64,000 bases of DNA from positions 186-64,185 of the forward strand of contig JANNEH010000124.1 of NCBI GenBank assembly GCA_031378405.1, in the 5' to 3' direction. This DNA comes from Synechococcales cyanobacterium OTE_75_metabat_409. GTDB taxonomy: Bacteria > Cyanobacteriota > Cyanobacteriia > Cyanobacteriales > Chamaesiphonaceae. Of the stretch, positions 29,859 to 38,351 are shown piece after piece (positions within the stretch are counted from its first letter, which is position 1; every line of letters starts with the position of its first letter). A program made the translations under genes and the position numbers. Under the pieces are notes generated by a model, which saw only the letters and a program-made list of their open reading frames with translations, made no database searches and had not been told where the DNA came from.

Positions 29859-30824
29859 ATGCAGTTTTTTGAATCTCGGTTGCCTTGGAATGACTTGCCG
29901 GTTATGTCTACGGGTGATTTACATGAATGGATTTCTGATGGTTTGCCGGAGCATTTGCGGTTGCATTTGCCGAAGTCGATCGAGGTTGTGTTTGATGTGG
30001 GTGTGGCGCAGCGGCGGGTGATCGATTTTGTGGAGGCTTTGCCGGTGTTTTTGGCGGGGGAGTTTGGGCGGTGGCAAGAGCGGCTGGGGCGCTTTGTGGA
30101 GTTGGGTTTGTTGACTGAGCCGGAGATTCGGCATTTTATGACGGTGCAGCGGGATGTGCAGCCGTGGATTTTGTATTATTCGTTGGATGGTGGTTTGGGT
30201 CATGAGTCGGTTAATACCGATCGAAGTTTGCCGATGGGTTTGATTCCTTGTTCGGCGGTGAAGCATCATGGGGTGGCTTGGCGGCGATCGGCTGATGGGG
30301 TGGAGCGGGTTTGGTTGGCTTCGGCGCGGGCTAAGGGGGCGGTGGATTGGGATTGGATGGCGGATGTGGGGCATGAGGTTTGTCATGCTTCGTTTGCGCC
30401 GGTGCCTTTGTGGGCGCAGCCTAGAAGGGAAGTAACTACAGATTTTTCAGATATACAGGGTATTGACGAATTAAAAATTGAACATTTTCAAAAAGTTGCT
30501 TATACAAATCCCGAAATTGTTACAACTATTATTCGAGGGGAATCCAGAAGTAATGAAACAGGCTTACCTAATTTGGAAACATGGAAAGAGTTGGAAGCCT
30601 ATTTAATAGTTTGTCATCTTTTTTACCCAAGCATAGGATTTAACTTGGATTTTAAATTGTTATCGGCAAAAACAAGACTTTCAGATAAAAATAATATTGA
30701 TCCGAATTCTGCTTTCAAAATAGCATCTTATTGTATAAAAGTCATCTTAATGCAGAGAGGGTATTTATATGATTCAGTTGAATTCTATAAAAAGAACACA
30801 ATCAAGAACGCAATACATCAGTAA
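29859..30824 (+). CDS. hypothetical protein with an HExxH motif; ORF is a compositional chimera
   Basis: 321-aa ORF with GHEVCH at residues 174-179. The DNA is G/T-rich up to about 30420 and very AT-rich afterwards. Confidence 0.5.
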   Translation: MQFFESRLPWNDLPVMSTGDLHEWISDGLPEHLRLHLPKSIEVVFDVGVAQRRVIDFVEALPVFLAGEFGRWQERLGRFVELGLLTEPEIRHFMTVQRDVQPWILYYSLDGGLGHESVNTDRSLPMGLIPCSAVKHHGVAWRRSADGVERVWLASARAKGAVDWDWMADVGHEVCHASFAPVPLWAQPRREVTTDFSDIQGIDELKIEHFQKVAYTNPEIVTTIIRGESRSNETGLPNLETWKELEAYLIVCHLFYPSIGFNLDFKLLSAKTRLSDKNNIDPNSAFKIASYCIKVILMQRGYLYDSVEFYKKNTIKNAIHQ

Positions 30825-30858
30825 ATATTGAATTAAATAAAACCGTCAGCAAAAAGCA

Positions 30859-31623
30859 ATGATTAAAACTCCAAAGATTATTACTAAAACAAAAAAGAGA
30901 CTAAAAATTCTTGTCCCATGGACAAAAGAAAGAATACTTCAAAATATTGATGCTAAACGCATCAATATCTGGGCTATCCGTGGACTATTTGCAGTTTTAA
31001 TAACAATAATATTAGGTTTCCTATTTAAATTAGGTTATAGAGATAGTTGGGAAATAGGTTCTTTAATATGGTCAGCAATATATCTTATCTGTTTCGTATT
31101 AGAAGCTCCAAAAGCACCAAATAGTTCAAAGAATGTACTTCTTAATGGCTTGGCTGGAATATTTACTGTGCCCATTGCACTTTTGATTTTCTCAACAATA
31201 TTAATTAGAACGAATCTCATATCCAACGAAATCTTTGTGAACTCAATTAAAAACATATTAAATTTTGCCCCGGTCACAGGAATTATAGGATTTGCTTTTT
31301 TGGATTTGTTTCTATTTCTTATGTGGAATGACGAACTCAGAAAGCTTAATAGAAATAGTAATCCAAATGTGAACTTAGAAAATTCTTTTAAAAAGCTAAG
31401 ATTAAAATCAAAGTATTTTTTTATTTTTGTTGACATCCCATCTTTTGTGTCCGTCATTATTTTTACATTGTATTACCTCATTTTAGTTGTCTATTTTAAT
31501 TCAATAAAACATACTTCTACAGACTCTCTCACCTCATTTTTTGCTGGAGCAACAGCCCTTCAATTAATAGCAGCAAATATAACATTTGCTTTTATTGATT
31601 CATATAAAAAAGAGGGCTTATAA
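30859..31623 (+). CDS. polytopic membrane protein (about 6 TM), unknown family
   Basis: 254 aa encoded by AT-rich DNA, with a Lys-rich N-terminus. Its stop directly abuts the next start. Confidence 0.6.
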   Translation: MIKTPKIITKTKKRLKILVPWTKERILQNIDAKRINIWAIRGLFAVLITIILGFLFKLGYRDSWEIGSLIWSAIYLICFVLEAPKAPNSSKNVLLNGLAGIFTVPIALLIFSTILIRTNLISNEIFVNSIKNILNFAPVTGIIGFAFLDLFLFLMWNDELRKLNRNSNPNVNLENSFKKLRLKSKYFFIFVDIPSFVSVIIFTLYYLILVVYFNSIKHTSTDSLTSFFAGATALQLIAANITFAFIDSYKKEGL

Positions 31624-32463
31624 ATGCAAAAACAAAATTCAATTGAATTTGGTGATAACTATAAAAAGTTTGTTAATTTCCGAGCTGTTCAACCAGATCG
31701 AGAACTGCGTTTATCTAAATCAATAGCTTCTCAATCAAAGCTAGCGCCTTTTTACAACCAAGTAACAATGCTGGATATTGGTAGTTCTGATGGCAAAATC
31801 ATTCCATACATCATAAATGAGTTATTATCAATGTATGCTAATTTGAGTTTTGATGTTGTTGCTATCGAACCAGATCCTTATCCTTTCCAAATTTTAAAAA
31901 ATCTTAACTTATCAGAAAAAGTGAATTTTAATGCAAAACATATTAATTTTATGGATTTTCTGGAATCAGTAAAATCGACTTGTAATAAATTTGATTTGGT
32001 GATTGGTACACACATTTTATATCATTTTAGTGAGTGGGAAAAGTTAATTCAAGATATTATTAATGTAATCAATACAAACGGAAAATTAATTTTAACAATT
32101 GATTCAAAACAATCGCCAATTTATTACAGAAAAGATGATATAGCTAGATTGATGAAAGATTCTGACCTAGTGAACTTTTATGGGCAGTACTGCTTTGCAG
32201 AGGACTTAGAGTGCCTGCTTCGTAAATGCTCTCTAGAGTTTACGAAGCAGCACATATCATCTTTTTTAGAAATCAAGCAATCTGAGGATATTAACGAATG
32301 CCAATTAGCAGAGTCGATTTCTTTTTTGCATAGAGTGGATATAAAATTACTTTGTGAAAAGGAAAATGTCAGATCTTTATTTGAAGATTTTGTAATTCAA
32401 AAAGGAGAAATTACATTTTATAAAATACCTTGGGAGGAAGTGATATTTACAATTAACAAATGA
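31624..32463 (+). CDS. class I SAM-dependent methyltransferase (paralog 1)
   Basis: Motif I MLDIGSSDGK, acidic beta-2 end AIEPD, and FDLVIGTHILYH. 279 aa. Confidence 0.7.
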   Translation: MQKQNSIEFGDNYKKFVNFRAVQPDRELRLSKSIASQSKLAPFYNQVTMLDIGSSDGKIIPYIINELLSMYANLSFDVVAIEPDPYPFQILKNLNLSEKVNFNAKHINFMDFLESVKSTCNKFDLVIGTHILYHFSEWEKLIQDIINVINTNGKLILTIDSKQSPIYYRKDDIARLMKDSDLVNFYGQYCFAEDLECLLRKCSLEFTKQHISSFLEIKQSEDINECQLAESISFLHRVDIKLLCEKENVRSLFEDFVIQKGEITFYKIPWEEVIFTINK

Positions 32464-32505
32464 CTTTCGAGAAGCAATAAGCAAACTAAATGGAAATAAT
32501 GACTT

Positions 32506-33345
32506 ATGACTTTAACTGAACTTAAACTGAGTAAAAAAATATTAGATAATACGTGGGACACATATCCATTCAATATCTTTGAAACTAATCCAAATGCATA
32601 CAAGATTTTTTTAAAGCATTTAAAATCAATCCCTTTTGAGATATCTACTCTTAAAAATGATTGTATTAATATGATAATTGAAAAAGGATTATCTAAAATA
32701 AAGTGGTTGGATATAGGAGCAGGTTTAGGCGACCCTATATTCCCTTTAATAAAATTACTTGATAAGCAAGGGATCTCCGTCGAATATCATTACCTAGAGC
32801 CTTCAAAAAGAGCACGTAAGATTTTTTGTAATGATATAAAACTTTATTCCTATCAAAGAATGACAGTTACTTATAATACGACAACATGGGAAGACTATGA
32901 ACCACAAGAATCTTTCGACTTGATTACTTTCTTTCATTCAGCTTATTACATTAAAAATTGGTCAATGCAATCACCTAATTCTCTCACCAAAGCCATTGAC
33001 TGTACTAATCCAGGTGGATTTATTTACTTCTCTAATTTATCTGAGGAAGCACATTACAACAAAATAGTCAGCAGTATTGAAGATGACTTATTTTTCAAGA
33101 AGCCGCCAATTACGGCTGAAAATATTATGGCACTCTGTTCTCATCTGAATTTACCTAAATCAGTCAACCGGAACATTAACTTGTATTTGGAAATCAATGA
33201 AATCAAGAAGAATAACTATTCTGAATACAAAGATGTTGTTGAATTCTTAACTGACAAGCCATTTACAGAAGAACTATCTGATTTAATCAGTAATTTTTCT
33301 CATAGTATGTTGTTTCCTATATCAACTATCTCTATTGGCCTGTAG
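32506..33345 (+). CDS. class I SAM-dependent methyltransferase (paralog 2)
   Basis: Motif I WLDIGAGLGD, YLEPS, and FDLITFFHSAYY. Also 279 aa, with the same motif order as paralog 1. Confidence 0.7.
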   Translation: MTLTELKLSKKILDNTWDTYPFNIFETNPNAYKIFLKHLKSIPFEISTLKNDCINMIIEKGLSKIKWLDIGAGLGDPIFPLIKLLDKQGISVEYHYLEPSKRARKIFCNDIKLYSYQRMTVTYNTTTWEDYEPQESFDLITFFHSAYYIKNWSMQSPNSLTKAIDCTNPGGFIYFSNLSEEAHYNKIVSSIEDDLFFKKPPITAENIMALCSHLNLPKSVNRNINLYLEINEIKKNNYSEYKDVVEFLTDKPFTEELSDLISNFSHSMLFPISTISIGL

Positions 33346-33411
33346 CAGGAATTACCTAATAACTGGATTGGTAAGTTATATTTAATACATAATAGCCAAA
33401 AGGTTAGAAAT

Positions 33412-34575
33412 ATGAAAACAAAAATTTTCGTCTCAGCAACAATAACTTGCATATCACTAATTGCTCTTGCTTCATGCAACCCACAGAGTAATAGCAAAAA
33501 TAGCACTGACAAAATTTTGTTGGGAGGAGTCTTTGCCCTCACCGGTTCTGCCGCCGATTGGGGACAAGCCGAAAAAAATGGAATGCAGATGGCGATCGAT
33601 CAAGCGAACACAACTGGTGGCATCAACGGCAAACAGATCGAGCTAGTCAGTGAAGATGCCCAAGCCGAAAAAGTTGATGATAATGTTAGTGCCTTCAAAA
33701 AACTCACTGACATCAAAAAAGTCCCTGTTGTCATTGGTCCTACCTGGGACGATGCCGCTGTCGCCATCGCTCCCCTCGCCGATGCTAGCAAAACCCTAGT
33801 CATTGGTGCCGATATCAGTAGCGGCGTAGAAGCGAAAAAAGATTATCCCTACTTCTTTTCGATCTACACCCCCGAAACGATCGAAATGCAAGCCCTCAAC
33901 GACTACCTGGTTAAAAACAACCTGAAAAAAGTCAGCATCGTCTTCAACCAAGACCCCTTCAGCAGCCAATGGCGCGAATCCTTCGCCCGTGCCGCCACCG
34001 CCAAAGGAGTCACCATCACCTCCGAATACCCCATCAGCGATGCCAACTCCAAAGACTTCCGCACCCAAATCACCAAACTAAAAACCCAAAAACCCGATGC
34101 CATCTACATCGAATTTGCCGACCAAGCCACCAAAGGCACCTTCATGCGCCAAGCCAAAGAACTCGGACTCACCTCCAAAATAGTCAGCTCCAGCACCTCC
34201 GAAACCCAAAGCAACCTCGACCAATACGGCACCTACATCGAAGGACTCACCTACACCTTTCCCCGTAGCACCCCCGCCCAAGATGCCTTCAATGCCGCAT
34301 TCAAAGCTAAATATAACGAATTGCCCAAAGCCCCCTCCGCCGTTTATGCCTACGATGCCACCAACCTAGTGATCGCCGCCATGAAAGAAGGAGCCACTAC
34401 CGGCGAAGCCATCCGCGCCAACATCTTGGCCAGAAAAGACTATGCTGGTGCATCGTCCAATCACATCTCTTTCAGCCCCACCGGTCGAGTCCAGTGGCCA
34501 GCCAGCAGCTTCACCATCAAAAAAGTCACCGGCAAAAAATTTGTGGAAGCAGCAAATGTTCCCGTAGCAAAATAA
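33412..34575 (+). CDS. ABC transporter substrate-binding lipoprotein, LivJ/Peripla_BP_6 type
   Basis: Lipobox LIALASC, then LGGVFALTGSAADWG...VIGPTWDDAA, typical of branched-chain-amino-acid / amide-type binding proteins. Confidence 0.8.
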   Translation: MKTKIFVSATITCISLIALASCNPQSNSKNSTDKILLGGVFALTGSAADWGQAEKNGMQMAIDQANTTGGINGKQIELVSEDAQAEKVDDNVSAFKKLTDIKKVPVVIGPTWDDAAVAIAPLADASKTLVIGADISSGVEAKKDYPYFFSIYTPETIEMQALNDYLVKNNLKKVSIVFNQDPFSSQWRESFARAATAKGVTITSEYPISDANSKDFRTQITKLKTQKPDAIYIEFADQATKGTFMRQAKELGLTSKIVSSSTSETQSNLDQYGTYIEGLTYTFPRSTPAQDAFNAAFKAKYNELPKAPSAVYAYDATNLVIAAMKEGATTGEAIRANILARKDYAGASSNHISFSPTGRVQWPASSFTIKKVTGKKFVEAANVPVAK

Positions 34576-34578
34576 ACC

Positions 34579-35445
34579 ATGCTGCAAGTAATAGCCAACG
34601 CCTTTATTTCTGGTGCCATCTACGCCACGATCTCCGCTGGCTTCAACCTCGTTTATAGCGTCCATCGCTTCTTCTACCTCGCCCACGGCAGCGTCCTGCT
34701 CGTGGGTGGCTTCGCCTTCTACTTCGCCTTCGAGACCTACCACCTCCATCCCGCGATCGCCATCCTCCTCGCCATCGGAGCCGCAACCATCCTGGCCATG
34801 CTCAACGAAATACTCATTCATCGTCCCCTGCGCCAGCGCCAAGCTAACAACTTCTCACTTTTTTTAGCATCTACCGCCTCTCTCAGCATTGTGCAAGGAC
34901 TATTGCTGTACTTCAACAGCTCCAGAACCTTTACTTACCAATGGCCACTAAACGTTATCGAAATTGCCACAGTTCGCATCACCCTCACCCAATGTTGGAT
35001 CATTGCTAGCGCCTGCCTTATTTTCAGCATCCTCTGGTGGATTATGAACAAAACCACATTCGGCAAAAGCCTCCAAGCGATCGCCGACTCCCCCACCCTT
35101 GCCAGGGCGATCGGCCTCCCCGTCTCTACTCTCTACCTGCAAACCACCATCCTCAGTGCCATCTTAGCCGCCGCTGGTGGCATTCTCATGTCCTTAGAGC
35201 GCGACCTGCGCTTCGATATGGGCATGGAAGCTATTCTCAAAGGCATCATCGCCTCCATCATTGGCGGCATTCCCAACGTCCCTGCTGCGCTCCTCGGCGG
35301 CTTCCTGCTGGGCTTAATCGAAAACCTGGCAGCTTGGTTTCTGCCATCTAACTACAAAACCACCATCAGCAGTATTGTATTAATTGTCTTTCTGTTATTT
35401 CGTCCCACTGGCATCATCGGCAGCAAATTCTTCCCCAATCGCTAA
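34579..35445 (+). CDS. ABC transporter permease, LivH type
   Basis: 288 aa, polytopic, with N-terminal ...NAFISGAIYATISAGFNLVYS, typical of LivH. Confidence 0.8.
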   Translation: MLQVIANAFISGAIYATISAGFNLVYSVHRFFYLAHGSVLLVGGFAFYFAFETYHLHPAIAILLAIGAATILAMLNEILIHRPLRQRQANNFSLFLASTASLSIVQGLLLYFNSSRTFTYQWPLNVIEIATVRITLTQCWIIASACLIFSILWWIMNKTTFGKSLQAIADSPTLARAIGLPVSTLYLQTTILSAILAAAGGILMSLERDLRFDMGMEAILKGIIASIIGGIPNVPAALLGGFLLGLIENLAAWFLPSNYKTTISSIVLIVFLLFRPTGIIGSKFFPNR

Positions 35446-35446
35446 C

Positions 35447-37093
35447 ATGCTCGAATACCTAGCGAATCTCGTAGTACTCATCAGCATTTACTGGATCTTA
35501 GCCACCAGCCTTGATCTAGCGATTGGCTACTGCGGTATTTTTAGTATCACTCAAGCCGCCTTTTATGGTCTAGGTGCTTACGCCAGCGCCCTTCTAAGCC
35601 TTAATCTACCCATTGTTTTCCCCTTCAACCTGTTTGGTAGCGTAGTAATCACCTCTACCATTGCCTACCTTAGTAGCCATATCCTCCTGCGCTTGCGCCA
35701 AGACTATTTAGCCCTCGCTACCTTAGCATTCGGCATTATTATTCAAGAATGCTTCCGCAACGCCGAATTTTTAACCGGCGGCAGTCGCGGACTATCCGGC
35801 ATCCCCTCTATTCAAATTTTCGGCTTTTCCTTCCAAGATCCCGTCAGTGCCGCAGTACTCTCTTTAGTCATATCAGGCATAGTAGTTTTTTGTCTACACC
35901 GACTAGAACAATCTCAATTCGGCATCTTTCTCCGGGGCATCGATAACGATGAAATTTCCTTACAAACTTTGGGTACAGATACCTTCCGGCTTAAAATCAC
36001 CGCCTTCAACATTGCCGCGATCGGGGCAGCTATTGCCGGTAGCCTCTATGCCCACTACTCCATGTCTCTCGACCCCAATCGATTCTCGATCGACGAATCA
36101 TTTCTGATTATTTCGGCGATCGCCCTGGGTGGTAAAAGATCTTTACTCGGCACTATCTTTGGCGTAATGATGTTGATCTTAATTCCCGAAGCCCTGCGCT
36201 TCCTGCCTCTTTCTAGTTATAAATTGGCTGCTCTCCGGGACGTAATTTTCTCAATTATCCTGATCCTCATCCTCATTTATCGCCCTCAAGGACTATTTGC
36301 TGCTCAGATCAAGCCATTTGCCACCAAATTTTCTTCACCCACTTCCATCAAATCACCACATCTTCAAACATCCAACCCAAAAGCCTTGCTAGAGATCCAG
36401 CACCTCTACCGCAAAATCAACAGCGACTTCTCAATTGATATTCAAAATGTCCAGCTAGCCACCGGCCAAATTTATGGCATATTTGGCGCTAACGGTTCTG
36501 GTAAATCGATGTTTTTCAACATTCTCACTGGCCTGATCCCAGCCGATCAAGCCATTGCCAGCTTTTCGGGGAAGCCCATCCGCCAATTCACCCCTGATCG
36601 CATTGCTAATTTAGGCATTGCCCGCACCTTTCAATCAGTTCGTCTCCACCCAGAACTTACCATCCTCGAAAATCTCAGCCTCATTCAACCCACCAGTATT
36701 TTTCAGTTAATTTGGAATGCCATCTCCCCAAGAGCCACAGTATTACACCTAAATATTAGCTATGCTCGTGAATTATTAGAACGCATTAATCTCTCGGCCT
36801 ACGCGAACCAACCAGCCAGTGACCTCAGCTTCGGTCAACAAAAAGCGATCGAAATCATCCGTGCCATTTCTCGTGATCCGCAGCTTCTGTTACTGGATGA
36901 ACCAATGTCTGGTTTATCACGACAAATCCGCCCTATATTAATTGCAGAATTGCGCCGACTCCGACAGACTGGCACTACTATTGTCATTATTGAACACGAT
37001 CAAGATTTTTTAGCCAGCATCTGTGATCGCTGGATTCAGATCAAAGATGGCAGCATCATCCAACAAAGCGATTCACCACCCTATGCTGAATAA
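35447..37093 (+). CDS. fused LivM-type permease / LivG-type ABC ATPase
   Basis: The N-terminal ~285 aa are polytopic (SLDLAIGYCGIFSITQAAFYGLGAY). The C-terminal half has Walker A GANGSGKS, signature LSFGQQKAIE and Walker B LLLLDEP. The start is trimmed to the ATG at 35447, 1 nt after the livH stop. Confidence 0.8.
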   Translation: MLEYLANLVVLISIYWILATSLDLAIGYCGIFSITQAAFYGLGAYASALLSLNLPIVFPFNLFGSVVITSTIAYLSSHILLRLRQDYLALATLAFGIIIQECFRNAEFLTGGSRGLSGIPSIQIFGFSFQDPVSAAVLSLVISGIVVFCLHRLEQSQFGIFLRGIDNDEISLQTLGTDTFRLKITAFNIAAIGAAIAGSLYAHYSMSLDPNRFSIDESFLIISAIALGGKRSLLGTIFGVMMLILIPEALRFLPLSSYKLAALRDVIFSIILILILIYRPQGLFAAQIKPFATKFSSPTSIKSPHLQTSNPKALLEIQHLYRKINSDFSIDIQNVQLATGQIYGIFGANGSGKSMFFNILTGLIPADQAIASFSGKPIRQFTPDRIANLGIARTFQSVRLHPELTILENLSLIQPTSIFQLIWNAISPRATVLHLNISYARELLERINLSAYANQPASDLSFGQQKAIEIIRAISRDPQLLLLDEPMSGLSRQIRPILIAELRRLRQTGTTIVIIEHDQDFLASICDRWIQIKDGSIIQQSDSPPYAE

Positions 37094-37796
37094 TTATTCA
37101 AATTCACCACTATTAATTGTTAACAATATCTGCGCTGGGTATGGTCAAGGCGACATTATTAAAGATATCTCTTTCCAAATTGCCACCAATACCATCACCC
37201 TGATCCTTGGCGACAATGGCTCCGGCAAATCCACCCTCTTCAAAGTTCTCTCTGGCAATCTTCGTCCTCGCACCGGCCAAATTCTCTTAGATGGCATTGA
37301 TATCACCAATCTAGAACCATCGATCGCCCGTAAATTTGGCATCGCCTATACTCCTCAAGCCGAAAACATCTTTCCTAGCCTCACCGTCAACGATAACCTA
37401 GAGCTAGGTGGCACCACCCTAGGCAATAAACAAAAAATCAAACAGCAAAAAGAGCGAATCTATCAGGAGTTTCCCTTACTAGCTACCAAGCAAAATAAAC
37501 TAGCCGGGGAAATGTCTGGCGGCGAACGCCAATATCTAGGTATTGCCTGCGCCCTCATGTCTTGCCCCAAAGTACTTTTACTAGATGAACCCAGCCATGG
37601 ACTGAGTACAGAGTCGATCGCCGCCGTCTTAGAAATTCTCACTCTCTTACCCAACCAGGGCTATGCCGTCTGTATTATTGAACACAATCAAAATTTCTAT
37701 CAGCAGCTTCTAGACAACCATCGTTCCTCATCAAGAAGCTATCAAATGAATGAAGGTCAATTACTCAGTGATGCGGATGAAATCAGTAAATCATAA
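37083..37796 (+). CDS. ABC transporter ATP-binding protein, LivF type
   Basis: Walker A GDNGSGKST, signature MSGGERQYL, Walker B VLLLDEP. The ATG at 37083 overlaps the previous gene by 11 nt. Confidence 0.85.
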   Translation: MLNNYSNSPLLIVNNICAGYGQGDIIKDISFQIATNTITLILGDNGSGKSTLFKVLSGNLRPRTGQILLDGIDITNLEPSIARKFGIAYTPQAENIFPSLTVNDNLELGGTTLGNKQKIKQQKERIYQEFPLLATKQNKLAGEMSGGERQYLGIACALMSCPKVLLLDEPSHGLSTESIAAVLEILTLLPNQGYAVCIIEHNQNFYQQLLDNHRSSSRSYQMNEGQLLSDADEISKS

Positions 37797-37925
37797 TCAA
37801 TCTGTGGAAATTTTTCCTGTAAACCACTCCTTCATTACAACATGGCTATAGAAGGCTCTCTTTAGTCAGTGCTCTTGTCCTCGACTATGAGCTAAACTGA
37901 GATCATAGCCAGATAGACTTATCCT

Positions 37926-38351
37926 ATGTTCATCGAAAAAGTTATTTGGAATATTGAAACAATCGTAACGGCCTATGAGCTTTCCAGACGAGCTGTTCCA
38001 GGGTTTCAGCGCATAGTCAAAAGATTTCAGAATGGCAAGCTCAAGATTGCAATCTTTGGAGCTGGAGGTACTGGGAAAACAACTTTAGGCAATATGTTAG
38101 CTGGCAAAGCCGGTGCCAGCAGCATTTTGAATCCTTATCAAGAATCTATTTCGGTCGATCGAATCAAGCTAGCTGATATTCCCGGCTCCGTAATAATCGT
38201 TCCCGGCCAAGAACCACGTCAAAATAAATGGGATGAAGTTTTCTCAGAAATTATTGATGGTCAGATCAACCTAATTATCAATGTAGTGTCTTATGGCTAT
38301 CATTCTTTCGAGGGCATTAGTTATCAACAACATCTACTTTATCAAGCTTGA
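37926..38351 (+). CDS. P-loop GTPase, N-terminal portion (G1-G3), ending at an in-frame TGA
   Basis: G1 GAGGTGKT (nt 38058-38081) and a G3-like ADIPG / VPGQE. The reading frame is the same as that of the next ORF. Confidence 0.55.
   Translation: MFIEKVIWNIETIVTAYELSRRAVPGFQRIVKRFQNGKLKIAIFGAGGTGKTTLGNMLAGKAGASSILNPYQESISVDRIKLADIPGSVIIVPGQEPRQNKWDEVFSEIIDGQINLIINVVSYGYHSFEGISYQQHLLYQA

Noticed and set aside
29919-30386. 155-aa minus-strand ORF rich in Pro/His/Arg/Gln.
   Set aside because: It is a by-product of the extreme G/T bias of the plus strand, which leaves few stop codons in the complement. It is low-complexity, and the plus-strand ORF is the more protein-like reading.
31624-33345. 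The two methyltransferases as the glycine-sarcosine / dimethylglycine methyltransferase pair for glycine betaine synthesis.
   Set aside because: The arrangement is suggestive (two methyltransferases next to an ABC importer). However, the sequences do not resemble the Aphanothece GSMT/DMT as I remember them, and the adjacent transporter is Liv-type rather than ProVWX-type. It is kept only as a loose analogy.
33600-34842. Several ORFs in other frames or on the other strand of the livJ/livH region (33796..34068, 33969..34268, 34078..34281, 34366..34842).
   Set aside because: These Gly-rich or His/Arg/Pro-rich translations are produced by the C-rich, G-poor strand. The plus-strand frames give clear LivJ and LivH homology.
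38349-38351. TGA in the GTPase as a selenocysteine codon.
   Set aside because: I could not fold a SECIS-like hairpin from the ~50 nt downstream. The position is not a redox-active Cys context, and I know of no Sec machinery in cyanobacteria. Nonsense mutation or translational coupling is more likely.
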